Below, piece after piece: positions 49,297 through 63,775 of a stretch of DNA of 64,000 nucleotides. Location of the stretch: contig CAWCNI010000002.1 in assembly GCA_963796915.1 (NCBI GenBank), forward strand, positions 72,565 through 136,564, in the 5' to 3' direction. How positions within the stretch are numbered: position 1 is the stretch's first letter; each line of letters opens with the position of its first letter. The position numbers and the translations under genes were made by a program. Source of the DNA: Vicinamibacteria bacterium. Its GTDB lineage: Bacteria > Acidobacteriota > Vicinamibacteria > Vicinamibacterales > JAENWD01. Under the pieces are notes generated by a model. It was not told the origin of the DNA and searched no databases. It worked only from the letters and a program-made list of their open reading frames with translations.

Positions 49297-49326
49297 ATAA
49301 AATACTGACTGTTAGTATGTTGTCAA
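49297..49326 (-). promoter_or_regulatory. Putative promoter with palindromic operator for the AbrB/Doc pair
   Basis: Minus-strand TTGACA (49326-49321); imperfect palindrome ATACTGACTGTTAGTAT (49302-49318); AT-rich; no SD before ATG. Confidence 0.6.
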
Positions 49327-49420
49327 TATAGATCCATGACATTTCGGTCTGGGCGTTGGGCTGCGTGCTATAAACGTCTGGTTTGCCCGCCCGGCTGGCT
49401 GGCGACGAGGGGTTCATCGC

Positions 49421-49858
49421 GTGCCAGATCTCTGGTCGATTCTTTGGTCCGTTCTCTGGGTCGTCTTCTTCGTGGTCGCCGTGACAGTGATCCTTGGCCA
49501 GTGGTTTTTCAAGCCGCTGACCCGGGTCATGACGGAGCGTGCCCACGCGGTGCACTCCGCCCGTGCCCTGGCGGAGCAGGCCGCGGCCAAGGCTAAGGCG
49601 GCCACCGAGGAGTTCGAGTCGAAGATGCGCGCGGCCCGCCATGAAGTGGCGCTGCAGGTCGAAGAAGCCCGCAAGGTCGCCGAAGCCGCCCGGACCTCGC
49701 TGCTCAGCACCGCGCGCGAGCAGGCCGATGCTCAGATGACGGAGGCGGCGGCGCGTTTGGCGGCCGATGTCGAGGCGGCGCGGGCGCGCATCGACGCCGA
49801 GGCCGGTCAGCTCGCAGGGTTGATCACCGAGCGCGTGCTCGGAAGGCGCGCGTCATGA
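49421..49858 (+). CDS. ATP synthase F0 subunit b'
   Basis: N-terminal TM, FFKPL..VMTER, long helical tail; first gene of the atp cluster. Confidence 0.88.
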   Translation: MPDLWSILWSVLWVVFFVVAVTVILGQWFFKPLTRVMTERAHAVHSARALAEQAAAKAKAATEEFESKMRAARHEVALQVEEARKVAEAARTSLLSTAREQADAQMTEAAARLAADVEAARARIDAEAGQLAGLITERVLGRRAS

Positions 49859-50544
49859 TCGTCAGGATTTCCACACTCGCCCTTCAGACCCGGACCCGCG
49901 TCGCGCGCGCGCTGCCGCTGGTGGCCGTGGCGCTGATCGCCCTGTTGACGATCGCCGCCCCTCGCGTCGCCTCAGCGCAGGAGCCCGCTCACGCCCCCGC
50001 GTCCGTCGAGGCTCCGGCAGACGCGCACGCCGACGCTGCCGCCCACGGCGAAGAAGCCCACGAACCGGGTTGGGGCCCGACCATCGCCAAGGCGTTCAAC
50101 TTCGCCGTCCTGGTCGGCGTTCTGGTCTACTTCCTCCGCACGCCCCTCGCCACGCACCTCCTGACTCGCGGCACCCAGGTCCGCGCGGACCTCGAGGCGG
50201 CAGGCCGCCTGAAGGACTCGGCGGCAGCGCAGATCAGCGAAATCGACGCGCGCCTCAAGTCGCTGCCAGGAGAGCTCGCCGCGCTGAGGGCGCTCGGCTC
50301 CGCGGAAATCAAAGCCGAGGAAGAGCGAATCCGCGAGGTCGCCGCGACTGAACGCGAGCGCCTCCTGTCGCAGGCCGCCCACGCCATCGAGCAGCACCTG
50401 CGGGTGGCGCGACGGGAACTGGTGGAGCACGCCGCCGACCTGGCCGTCCGCACCGCCGATCAGCGGCTCCGCCAGCAGATCACCGACGATGACCGGTCGC
50501 GTCTGTTCGACCGCTACCTGACCGAGGTGGGGCCCCATGAGTGA
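49855..50544 (+). CDS. atpF: ATP synthase F0 subunit b with N-terminal extension
   Basis: AFNFAVLVGVLVYFLRTPL then helical stalk. Confidence 0.88.
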   Translation: MIVRISTLALQTRTRVARALPLVAVALIALLTIAAPRVASAQEPAHAPASVEAPADAHADAAAHGEEAHEPGWGPTIAKAFNFAVLVGVLVYFLRTPLATHLLTRGTQVRADLEAAGRLKDSAAAQISEIDARLKSLPGELAALRALGSAEIKAEEERIREVAATERERLLSQAAHAIEQHLRVARRELVEHAADLAVRTADQRLRQQITDDDRSRLFDRYLTEVGPHE

Positions 50545-51082
50545 CCGCGCCGACGCGTCGCGTTACGCGCGCGAGTTGTTCGACATCACGTGGCGGCACA
50601 ACGAAGCCGACACGGTGGCCGACGAGCTCGACGCGATCGGCGGCCTCGCCAGCGATCACGCGCACGACGTCCGTCCGCTGTTCCATCCGTTGATCCCGCG
50701 GGCGCGCAAGGTCGAGACCGTGCGCATGCTGTCGTCGAGTCTCGGGCTCAGCCGTCCGACGACGGTCCTGCTGACGGCGCTGGCGCATGCCTCGCGCCTC
50801 TATCTCATCGCGGACATCGCGCGCTACTTCCGCGATCGACTGAACCACAAAAAGGGTGTCGTGCAGGCCACCGTCACGACGGCCGTGGCGCTGTCGCCGG
50901 AGAAGGCGCGGGCGCTGGCCGGACGGCTCCAGGCCGTGGTCGGACGCCAGGTTCTGCTCACCACCATCGTTGACCCCTCGATCATCGGCGGGGTCGTGAC
51001 GCAAATTGACAGCACGGTGTACGACGGCAGCGTGACGCGGCAGCTCGCCCGCATGCGCGCCAAACTCGTGGAGAACGTGTAG
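50537..51082 (+). CDS. atpH: ATP synthase delta
   Basis: ASRYARELF, VDPSIIGG, YDGSV. Confidence 0.93.
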   Translation: MSDRADASRYARELFDITWRHNEADTVADELDAIGGLASDHAHDVRPLFHPLIPRARKVETVRMLSSSLGLSRPTTVLLTALAHASRLYLIADIARYFRDRLNHKKGVVQATVTTAVALSPEKARALAGRLQAVVGRQVLLTTIVDPSIIGGVVTQIDSTVYDGSVTRQLARMRAKLVENV

Positions 51083-51085
51083 CAC

Positions 51086-52609
<1,524 letters not shown>

Positions 52610-52617
52610 GCCACTAA

Positions 52618-55438
<2,821 letters not shown>

Positions 55439-55451
55439 CCGCCCTCCGGGG

Positions 55452-56246
55452 ATGTTTCGCAACCTTCGGAATCTGCTGAAATACCGCGGGCTCGTCCAGA
55501 GCCTGGTCGTCCGCGACCTGAAGGCCCGCTACCGTGGCTCGGTCCTCGGCTTCTTCTGGTCCTTCGTCAATCCGCTGCTGCTGCTCCTCATCTACACCTT
55601 CGTCTTCACCGTCGTCCTGCCGGGCACGCACCCGAAGGAGATCGAGCCGTACGCGCTGTTCATGTTCTGCGGCATCCTGCCGTGGACGTGGTTCTCCTCG
55701 TCGCTGCTCGAATCGGCCAACGTGCTGATCGCCGGCGGAAACCTGATCAAGAAAGTGCTCTTCCCGGCGGAGGTGCTGCCCATCGTCACCGTGCTGGCGA
55801 ACATGGTGCACTTCCTGCTCGGCCTGCCGATCCTGGTCGCGTTCCTCATCTACTACCGCCAGCCGTTGAACGCCACCGATCTGCTCTGGTTTCCGGTGGT
55901 CGTGTTCACCCAGCTGCTCCTCACCATCGGCCTGGCGCTCATCGTCTCGTCCCTGACGGTGCACTTCCGGGACCTCAAGGACCTGGTCGCCAACCTGCTG
56001 ACGTTCTGGTTCTTCGCGACGCCGATCATCTACCCGATGACGATGGCGCCCGGGATTGGCAAGACGCTGCTCAACCTGAACCCGTTCACGCACCTCGCCA
56101 TCTCGTACCAGGAGATCCTGTTCTACGACGGGCCCTACGGGCACTGGCGGTGGCTCCTCGCGCTGCTGGCGGGTTCGATCGTGCTGTTTCTGGCCGGCTA
56201 CTTTCTCTTCGACCGTCTGCGCGATTCCTTTGCGGAGGAAGTGTGA
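55452..56246 (+). CDS. wzm: ABC-2 polysaccharide export permease
   Basis: RDLKARYRGSVLGFFWSFVNPL, TPIIYP, LNP. Confidence 0.9.
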   Translation: MFRNLRNLLKYRGLVQSLVVRDLKARYRGSVLGFFWSFVNPLLLLLIYTFVFTVVLPGTHPKEIEPYALFMFCGILPWTWFSSSLLESANVLIAGGNLIKKVLFPAEVLPIVTVLANMVHFLLGLPILVAFLIYYRQPLNATDLLWFPVVVFTQLLLTIGLALIVSSLTVHFRDLKDLVANLLTFWFFATPIIYPMTMAPGIGKTLLNLNPFTHLAISYQEILFYDGPYGHWRWLLALLAGSIVLFLAGYFLFDRLRDSFAEEV

Positions 56247-57586
56247 GCACGCCTGCGATCGACGCGCGCGACGTCACCAAGGTCTACCGGCGCCACACGC
56301 ACAAGAAACAGTTCGCGACGCTGAAGAGCGCGCTGGTGTCGCGCAGCCTGATCCGCGACCTCAAGCCGGACGAGACATTCGCCGCGCTGCGCGGCGTGTC
56401 GTTTTCGGTGCCCAAGGGCTGCACCTACGGCATCGTGGGCCGCAACGGCTCCGGCAAGAGCACGATGCTCAAGTGCGTGGCCGGCATCACGCGGCCGACC
56501 AGCGGATCGGTGACGGTGGACGGCCGCATTTCAGCCCTCATCGAGCTCGGCGCCGGGTTCCATCCCGAGATCTCCGGGCGCGAGAACGTCTTCATCAACG
56601 GCATCATGCTGGGGCTGACGAAGCGGGAGATCGCACGCCGGTTCGACGAGATCGTGGAGTTCGCCGAGCTCGAGGAGTTCATCGACGCCCCGGTGAAGAC
56701 CTACTCGTCGGGGATGTACATGCGGCTTGGGTTCGCCGTGGCCATTCACGTCGATCCGGACGTCCTGCTCATCGACGAAGTGCTGGCAGTCGGCGACGAG
56801 GGGTTCACGCACAAGTGCCTCGACAAGTTCGGTGAGTTCCGGCGCCGCGGCAAGACGATTCTCCTCGTCACCCACGCGCTCGGGCTGGTCGAGCGCTTCT
56901 GCGACGAGGCACTCTGGATTGACGAAGGTGTCGCGCGCGGCGAGGGCGATCCACGCCGGGTGGTCGGCGCGTACATCACCGACGTCGAGAAGGCCGAGGA
57001 GGTCGCGCTGGCGGCAGGCGATGCACGCATGCAGCAGCAGGCCGCGGCCGGCGAGTTGACGCCGGCGCCGCAGGTGGCCGAGCCCGTCGCCGCAGCCGAA
57101 TCGCCTGACGACATGTTCCGCGCCTCTGAAGGGCGCTGGGGCTCGCGCGAGATCGAGATCACCGGCGTCACCCTGCTCGATCGCGACGGCCAGCCCTCGC
57201 ACATGTTTCAGTCGGGCGACCCGATGACGGTGCAGCTTGCGCTCTCGGCATCCAAGCCGATGGAGGATTTCGCATTCGGCATCGGGTTCTTCAACGCCGA
57301 GGGCGTCTGCTGCTACGGCACCAACACCTGGGTCGAGGAGCTCGCCGGACGCCGCTTCGAAGGTCAGGGCGAGGTGCGCTTCGTCATCGACGGCCTGGAT
57401 CTGACAGAGGGCACGTACAAGATCGACGTTGCCGTCCACTCGCGCGACGGCTATCCGTACGACTATCACCGGCTGCTGCACACGTTCCGCGTGAAGTCGC
57501 GCATCAAGGACGTCGGCATTTACCGGCCCCGGCATCGCTGGGAGTTCTCTCCGTCGGTCCAGATCGGCCCGACGTTGTCGCGATGA
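56243..57586 (+). CDS. wzt: Polysaccharide ABC exporter ATPase with C-terminal carbohydrate-binding domain
   Basis: GRNGSGKST, YSSGMYMRLGF, IDEVLAVGD, C-terminal GRWGSREIEI beta domain; GTGA overlap. Confidence 0.92.
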   Translation: MSTPAIDARDVTKVYRRHTHKKQFATLKSALVSRSLIRDLKPDETFAALRGVSFSVPKGCTYGIVGRNGSGKSTMLKCVAGITRPTSGSVTVDGRISALIELGAGFHPEISGRENVFINGIMLGLTKREIARRFDEIVEFAELEEFIDAPVKTYSSGMYMRLGFAVAIHVDPDVLLIDEVLAVGDEGFTHKCLDKFGEFRRRGKTILLVTHALGLVERFCDEALWIDEGVARGEGDPRRVVGAYITDVEKAEEVALAAGDARMQQQAAAGELTPAPQVAEPVAAAESPDDMFRASEGRWGSREIEITGVTLLDRDGQPSHMFQSGDPMTVQLALSASKPMEDFAFGIGFFNAEGVCCYGTNTWVEELAGRRFEGQGEVRFVIDGLDLTEGTYKIDVAVHSRDGYPYDYHRLLHTFRVKSRIKDVGIYRPRHRWEFSPSVQIGPTLSR

Positions 57587-58203
57587 CAGACCGCAAGGCC
57601 TGGACGCCGACCGACGTCGTGGACGTCAGCGGGCCGCCGGCACTGCTGCGCAATTACCTCGAGCAGCGGGATGTCCGCGGCTATCTCCGGCGCGCCGCCA
57701 CGACCACGCCGATCGCCGTGGCCTACGACGTCGGCTGCGGGTTCGGAAGGCTGACGCCGGTGCTGCGTGAGGAGGCGGCGACCGTGATGGGGTTCGAGCG
57801 CGAGGCCTCTCTGCTGGCCACCGCGCGCGAGTTGCTGCCGTCGATCGACTTCACGCAGGTGCAGTCGCTCGAGTCGCTGCCTGTTCCGGATCGCAGCGCG
57901 CAGTTCGTCCTCACGTTCACGGTGCTTCAGCACATGCCGGACCCGCGCACCGAGGCGGTGATTCGCGAGATCAGCCGGGTGCTCGCGCCTGGCGGTCACG
58001 TCCTTGCTGTCGAAGAGACCGACCCGTCGCTCGAGGCCGGCGATATCGAGCGTGCCGAGCTTGGTTACACGCGAGGCCGACCCACCGGGTGGTATGCGGC
58101 GCGGTTCGCGCCGCTCGAGCTCCTGCATGTGAGCCCGCGGGTGATCGAGCCCGGGTATCCCCGCGCCGACGTCGGGACGTACATGTTGTTCGGGTCCCGC
58201 TGA
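57583..58203 (+). CDS. Class I SAM-dependent methyltransferase
   Basis: [22 protein letters not shown]. Confidence 0.88.
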   Translation: MTDRKAWTPTDVVDVSGPPALLRNYLEQRDVRGYLRRAATTTPIAVAYDVGCGFGRLTPVLREEAATVMGFEREASLLATARELLPSIDFTQVQSLESLPVPDRSAQFVLTFTVLQHMPDPRTEAVIREISRVLAPGGHVLAVEETDPSLEAGDIERAELGYTRGRPTGWYAARFAPLELLHVSPRVIEPGYPRADVGTYMLFGSR

Positions 58204-58679
58204 TGCCCGTGGTCACGCTCGACGACGCTGCGCGCCGCGTCGCCGACTGGCGGCGCGAGGGCAAGCGCGTCGTCTTCACCAATGGCGTGTACGACATCCT
58301 CCACCCCGGTCACGTCCGCTATCTGGAACATGCCCGCGCCGAAGGCGACGTCCTCGTCGTCGGGGTCAACTCCGATCGATCGGTCCGGGCCAACAAGGGG
58401 CCAGCGCGTCCCATCAACCCCGATCAGGAACGCGCGGAGCTCATCGCGGCGCTGTCTGCCGTGGACCTGGCGGTGGTGTTCGACGAAGACACGCCGCACG
58501 ACATCATCAGCCGCCTGCTGCCGGATGTGCTCGTCAAGGGCGCCGACTGGGCTGCCGACCAGATCGTCGGCCGCGACGTCGTCGAGGCACACGGAGGGCG
58601 TGTGGTCAGGGCACAGGTCGAAGAGGGCTACTCCACGACGGCGATCGTGGAGCGGATCCGCGCGCTCGGGACCTCCTGA
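58203..58679 (+). CDS. rfaE2: Heptose-1-phosphate adenylyltransferase (stand-alone HldE domain II)
   Basis: [40 protein letters not shown]. Confidence 0.92.
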   Translation: MPVVTLDDAARRVADWRREGKRVVFTNGVYDILHPGHVRYLEHARAEGDVLVVGVNSDRSVRANKGPARPINPDQERAELIAALSAVDLAVVFDEDTPHDIISRLLPDVLVKGADWAADQIVGRDVVEAHGGRVVRAQVEEGYSTTAIVERIRALGTS

Positions 58680-58732
58680 GCCGTCCGCCTGCCCGCCCAA
58701 TGAGGCTCGGCGGACGACCGTACACAGATCCC

Positions 58733-58807
58733 GGCCGATCTGACCAGCCTCCGCCAAGGCTTCGGCGGTCCGCCGGAGCTTCAGCGAAGGCGGAAGATCG
58801 GCCCTAC
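58733..58807. repeat. REP copy interrupted in its loop by a ~50-nt double-hairpin element
   Basis: GGCCGATCTGA + insert + GAAGATCGGCCCTAC. Confidence 0.8.
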
Positions 58808-58907
58808 AGTCGCATGGACCATTCGCCGGTCGCTGTTCGCCTGTGGCGGTGACCTGCCGGGGCTCCTGCTACACTGGTAGATCCGCCAGCACGCCGTTTC
58901 GATTCTG

Positions 58908-61900
58908 ATGCCGTCGTCCACGTCCCTGTCGCTTCGTGCGCTAATCCGGTCCGCGTCGGGCCGTGCGGGCCTCGGCCACGACCGCGGTCTGGTCTCCGGT
59001 CTCACTCCGAGCGCGCAGGCGTTGTTTGTCGCGGCGCGCGCGCAGGCTGCGCCCGACCGCCTCGTCCTGCACGTGGTCGCGACCGACGCCGAAGCGGAGG
59101 CGGGCTGCTCGGACACGCGCTTCTTCCTTGCCGCGCTCGAAGGCCTCGACGACAACGCCATCGCCAGTGCGGTCCTGCCGCTCCCGTCGCACGAAGTCGA
59201 TCCGTACCGGGGCCTGTCGCCTCACCTCCAGGTGGCGTCGGCACGTGCCCGGGCGCTGACGGCGGTCGCCACCGGCACCGCCCGGGTGATCGTGGCGTCC
59301 GCCGCGGCGCTGCTGCCGCGCGTCGTGCCTCCGGAGCGCATGGCGTCAGCGACGATTTCGCTCGCGCCGGGGGTTGAAATCGAGCCCCTGCTGCTCGCCG
59401 AGCATCTGCTCGAGGCCGGGTACACGCGCGAGGATCCCGTGGACGAGCACGGCGAGTTCTGCGTGCGTGGCGGCATCGTCGACCTCTTCCCGCCCGGCGA
59501 GGCCGATCCCATTCGCGTCGAGTTCATCGGCGACAGCGTGGAATCGCTGCGCCGCTACGATCCGTCGACGCAGCGCTCGATTGTCACCATCGACCAGGCG
59601 CAGATCGTGCCGATTCGCGAGCGCCTGGGCGACGCCGAGCGGCCCGCCTCGCCCGAGGTGTCGCTCGAAGCCACCGCGCTGGACTACTTCGGCTTCCACC
59701 GCCCGGCGGTGTTCGTCATCTCCGAGCCCGACGAGGCGCGGACGGCGGCGGAGAAGTTCACCGAGCAGATCGAATCGAGCTATCAGGCGGTCACGGCTGT
59801 CGCACGCGGGCCGCGGGCAGCCGCGCCGCTCGCCGTTGCGCCCCCTGCACAACTCTTCGTCACCTGGGACGCCGTCGCTGCCCGCCTCGCCCACGCCGTG
59901 CGGCTCGAGCGGCTGGCTGTCGACGATGTGACAGAGACCGGAACGGGTGGCGCCTCGCATCACGTGCGATGCCAGCCGGTGCCCGAGTTCAACGGGCGCA
60001 TCCAGGACTTCATCGCCGAGATCAACCGCGGGAAAGAGCAGGGCGAGCAGTCGGTGTTCATCGCCACGACTCCGGGCCGCGCCGAGCGGATGCTGGAGCT
60101 GGCACGCGACTACCAGGTGATTGCCGCGTCCGCCGAGCGTGCCGAGGACGCGCACCTGGCTACGCTCATCGTCGGTACCGGCCACCTGGGTCGCGGGTTC
60201 CGTCTTCCAGACGCCGGCCTTGCGCTCTACGCCGAGGCAGACGTCTTCGAGGAGGATCGCCGCGCGCCCGAGCAACGACGGCAGACCGCGAACCGCGCGT
60301 TCCTGTCGGATCTCCGCGACCTGAAGGTCGGCGACCACGTCGTGCACGTGGACCACGGCATCGGGACGTTTGTCGGGCTCAAGCAGCTGGCCGTGGCACC
60401 CGGCGAGCCGCCGCAGGACTTCATGGAGCTGCGTTACGCCGGCGAGGACAAGCTCTTCGTGCCGGTCGAGCGGCTCGACCTCGTCCAGAAATATACCGGC
60501 ACCGCTCGCCCTCCGGTGGACCGTCTTGGCGGCACGACCTGGGAGAAGGCCAAGACGCGCGTGAAGAAGGCCATGCGCGACATGGCCGAGGAGCTGCTGA
60601 AGCTCTATGCGGCGCGGAAGGCAGTTCCGGGCTACGCGTTTTCGGCGGATACCCACTGGCAGGAAGAGTTCGAGGACGCCTTCCCGTACATGCTGACGCC
60701 GGACCAGACGTCGGCGATTGTCGACATCAAGTCCGACATGGAGGCGCCGATCCCGATGGACCGGCTGCTCTGCGGCGATGTCGGGTACGGCAAGACCGAA
60801 GTCGCGATGCGCGCCGCGTTCAAGGCGGTGATGGACGGCAAACAGGTGGCGGTGCTCGCGCCGACAACGGTCCTCGCGTTCCAGCACCTGAAGACGCTCC
60901 GCGAGCGCTTCGGCGGATTCCCTGTGCGCGTCGACATGGTGAGCCGCTTCCGCTCGAAGGCCGAGCAGAAGGTCACCATCGACGACCTCGCGGCCGGGAA
61001 GGTGGACGTCATCGTCGGGACGCACCGGCTGCTCTCGAAGGACGTGGTGTTCCGCGACCTGGGCCTGCTCGTCGTGGACGAAGAACAGCGCTTCGGCGTC
61101 GCCCACAAGGAGAAGATCAAGCAGCTGCGCAAGCGCGTCGACGTGCTCACGATGACGGCGACGCCCATTCCACGGACGCTGAACATGTCGCTCGTCGGCA
61201 TCCGCGACATGTCGGTGATCGAAACGCCGCCGAAAGACCGGCTGTCGATCCAGACCCACGTCGTCAAATTCGACTCGGAGGTGATCCGGCGGGCGCTGGC
61301 CCATGAGCTCGAGCGCGGCGGGCAGGTCTACGTGGTGCACAACCGCGTCGAGTCGATCCACTCGATCGCCAGCCTCATCGCCAGGCTGCTGCCCGAGGCG
61401 AAGATGGCGATCGGCCACGGCCAGATGAACGAAGACCAGCTCGAAAAGACGATGCTGGACTTCATGGCCCACAAGTTCGACGTGCTGGTCGCGACGACGA
61501 TCATCGAGAACGGCCTCGACATCCCCAACGCGAACACGATCATCATCAACCGCGCCGACCGCTACGGCCTGGCGCAGCTGTACCAGCTTCGCGGCCGCGT
61601 CGGCCGCTCCGACAGGCCGGCCTACGCCTACCTGTTGATTCCGCCGGAAGACAACCTGTCGCCGGTGGCCAAGAAACGGCTCGCGGCCATCAAGGAGTTC
61701 AGCGACCTGGGCAGCGGGTTCCGTGTCGCCGCTCTCGACCTCGAGATTCGCGGCGCCGGCAGTCTCCTCGGCGGCGAGCAGAGCGGGCACCTTGAATCGG
61801 TCGGCTTCGAGATGTACATGAAGCTGCTCGAGGAGACGATTCGCGAGCTCAAGGGCGAGGACATCGAAGACGACGCGCGGGCCACGGTGAACCTGCGGGT

Positions 61901-62555
61901 GGATCTCAAGATCGAGGAGAGCTACATCCCCGACATGAACCAGCGGCTGATGGTCTATCGCCGCATCGCGTCGGCGCGCAGCGAGGACGAGCTCGAACGC
62001 ACGGTCTCCGAGGTACGGGATCGGTACGGACCTCTGCCAGTGTCCGTGCTCAACCTGGCCGACTACGGCCGCATCCGCGTGGCTGCCGACAGGCTCGGCG
62101 TGGAGACCGTCGATCGCGAAGGTGACCGCGTCGTCTTCCGGTTCCGCACGCAGACCCCGCTCGATCCAGCACGTCTGATCCAGGTGGTCGGGCGCCGTGC
62201 CGACCTGACCCTGGTGCCCCCGGCCGGGCTCCGGCTCGATCTCGGTGCCACCTCCGGCAAGTCAGCCGCGCCCCGACGGAGCGCCGTCCCGCCTGCTCCC
62301 GAGGCGTCACGCCCCTCGGGCAATCCCTCCTGGCCGAACCTGGGACGCCGCCCGCTGACATCGAGCGAAATGGGGAAGCATGGCAGGCAGCCGGGACCCG
62401 GATCCTGGTGGACGGCACGCGCCACTGCCGGCGAAGTGACTGCAGGATTCACGAAAGCGGAGATTCTGCGGACGACCGGGGAAGACCCGCGGGGCCCCAC
62501 AGGCGTCTTTACTCGAGTGGGCGCGCTATTGAGCGAGCTGCTGGGATCGGTGTAA
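58908..62555 (+). CDS. mfd: Transcription-repair coupling factor
   Basis: VVHVDHGIG, GDVGYGKTE, DEEQRFG, QLRGRVGRS, DLEIRGAG. Confidence 0.97.
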   Translation: MPSSTSLSLRALIRSASGRAGLGHDRGLVSGLTPSAQALFVAARAQAAPDRLVLHVVATDAEAEAGCSDTRFFLAALEGLDDNAIASAVLPLPSHEVDPYRGLSPHLQVASARARALTAVATGTARVIVASAAALLPRVVPPERMASATISLAPGVEIEPLLLAEHLLEAGYTREDPVDEHGEFCVRGGIVDLFPPGEADPIRVEFIGDSVESLRRYDPSTQRSIVTIDQAQIVPIRERLGDAERPASPEVSLEATALDYFGFHRPAVFVISEPDEARTAAEKFTEQIESSYQAVTAVARGPRAAAPLAVAPPAQLFVTWDAVAARLAHAVRLERLAVDDVTETGTGGASHHVRCQPVPEFNGRIQDFIAEINRGKEQGEQSVFIATTPGRAERMLELARDYQVIAASAERAEDAHLATLIVGTGHLGRGFRLPDAGLALYAEADVFEEDRRAPEQRRQTANRAFLSDLRDLKVGDHVVHVDHGIGTFVGLKQLAVAPGEPPQDFMELRYAGEDKLFVPVERLDLVQKYTGTARPPVDRLGGTTWEKAKTRVKKAMRDMAEELLKLYAARKAVPGYAFSADTHWQEEFEDAFPYMLTPDQTSAIVDIKSDMEAPIPMDRLLCGDVGYGKTEVAMRAAFKAVMDGKQVAVLAPTTVLAFQHLKTLRERFGGFPVRVDMVSRFRSKAEQKVTIDDLAAGKVDVIVGTHRLLSKDVVFRDLGLLVVDEEQRFGVAHKEKIKQLRKRVDVLTMTATPIPRTLNMSLVGIRDMSVIETPPKDRLSIQTHVVKFDSEVIRRALAHELERGGQVYVVHNRVESIHSIASLIARLLPEAKMAIGHGQMNEDQLEKTMLDFMAHKFDVLVATTIIENGLDIPNANTIIINRADRYGLAQLYQLRGRVGRSDRPAYAYLLIPPEDNLSPVAKKRLAAIKEFSDLGSGFRVAALDLEIRGAGSLLGGEQSGHLESVGFEMYMKLLEETIRELKGEDIEDDARATVNLRVDLKIEESYIPDMNQRLMVYRRIASARSEDELERTVSEVRDRYGPLPVSVLNLADYGRIRVAADRLGVETVDREGDRVVFRFRTQTPLDPARLIQVVGRRADLTLVPPAGLRLDLGATSGKSAAPRRSAVPPAPEASRPSGNPSWPNLGRRPLTSSEMGKHGRQPGPGSWWTARATAGEVTAGFTKAEILRTTGEDPRGPTGVFTRVGALLSELLGSV

Positions 62556-62589
62556 GATCTTCATTTGCAAAGAATTGAAGGTTTTTTCA

Positions 62590-63732
62590 ATGCGTAAGTA
62601 TGCTCGTCGGGCTGCCGTCGTTGCCGCACTGCTGATGGTTGCGGGCGTGGTGCGGCTGTCGGCGGAAATCATCGAGCAGGTTCTGGTGAAGGTGAACGGC
62701 GAGATCCTCACCAAGACCGACCTCGAACAGCGCCAGGTCATGGCGCTGCGTGCCAAGGGCATCCAGCCTGCCGACGATGCGGCGTTGAAGAAGGCCGTCG
62801 AAAGCATCACGCCGGAGATCGTCTCCGACGCGGTCGACGAGATGCTCCTGATTCAGCGTGGCCGCGAGCTTGGCTACAAGTTGAGCGACGAGGAATACGA
62901 TCGCGTCGTCGGCAACATCCGCAAGGAGAACAAGCTCGATACCGACGAGGCGTTCCAGGCCGCGCTGAAACAGGAAGGGATGTCGCCTGCCGAGCTGCGC
63001 AAGTCGCTCGAGAAGCAGATGCTCATCGCCCGCGTGACCCAGAACGAAGTGATGGGGAAGGTCGCTGTCACCGAAGAGGAGGCGCGCAAGTATCACGCCG
63101 ACCATCTGAAGGATTTCACAGTGCCCGGCACCGTCACGCTGCGCGAGATTCTGGTGCGCGTGCCGACCGACGGCAAGGGCGTGAACGTCGCCGCCGACGA
63201 GCAGGCGAAGGCAAAGGTCGACGCTGCCCGCAAGCGCGTCCTCGGTGGAGAGGCCTTCGAGCAGGTGGCAGCCGAGACGTCTGATTCGCCGTCGCGCGCC
63301 AACGGCGGCCTGATCGGACCGCTCAACATCAGCGAGCTCACGCCCGCGTTCAGGACCCTGATCGACACGATGAAGGTCGGCGACGTCAGCGATGTCCTGC
63401 GCGGCCAGGGCGGCTACCAGGTGATCAAGCTGGACGCGCGGACTGCCGATGAAGTGCAGACCGCTGAGAAGGCGCACGACAAGATCGCGGACGCCATCTA
63501 CGATCAGAAGCGCCAGACCGAGCTGCGCCGCTACCTCCTGAAGCTGCGCGCGCAGGCCATCATCGAGTGGAAGAACCCCGAGATCAAGAAGGCCTGGGAG
63601 ACGTTTGTCGCGTCCGAGCCGGCGCCGCCGCCGGACGCGATGGCCCCGCCGACCGGCGCACCCGCGTCGAACGACAAGTCGGACAAGGCAGCGCCGCCCA
63701 AGCCGGCGAAGCCGACCAAGCCGACACCGTGA
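62590..63732 (+). CDS. SurA/PrsA-like parvulin peptidyl-prolyl isomerase
   Basis: Signal peptide, VKVNGEILT, FEQVAAETSD..SRANGGLIG, VGDVSD. Confidence 0.88.
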   Translation: MRKYARRAAVVAALLMVAGVVRLSAEIIEQVLVKVNGEILTKTDLEQRQVMALRAKGIQPADDAALKKAVESITPEIVSDAVDEMLLIQRGRELGYKLSDEEYDRVVGNIRKENKLDTDEAFQAALKQEGMSPAELRKSLEKQMLIARVTQNEVMGKVAVTEEEARKYHADHLKDFTVPGTVTLREILVRVPTDGKGVNVAADEQAKAKVDAARKRVLGGEAFEQVAAETSDSPSRANGGLIGPLNISELTPAFRTLIDTMKVGDVSDVLRGQGGYQVIKLDARTADEVQTAEKAHDKIADAIYDQKRQTELRRYLLKLRAQAIIEWKNPEIKKAWETFVASEPAPPPDAMAPPTGAPASNDKSDKAAPPKPAKPTKPTP

Positions 63733-63775
63733 CACGAAGCCGGTCCCGCGCCAGGGGCGCACGCCAGCGGAAACG

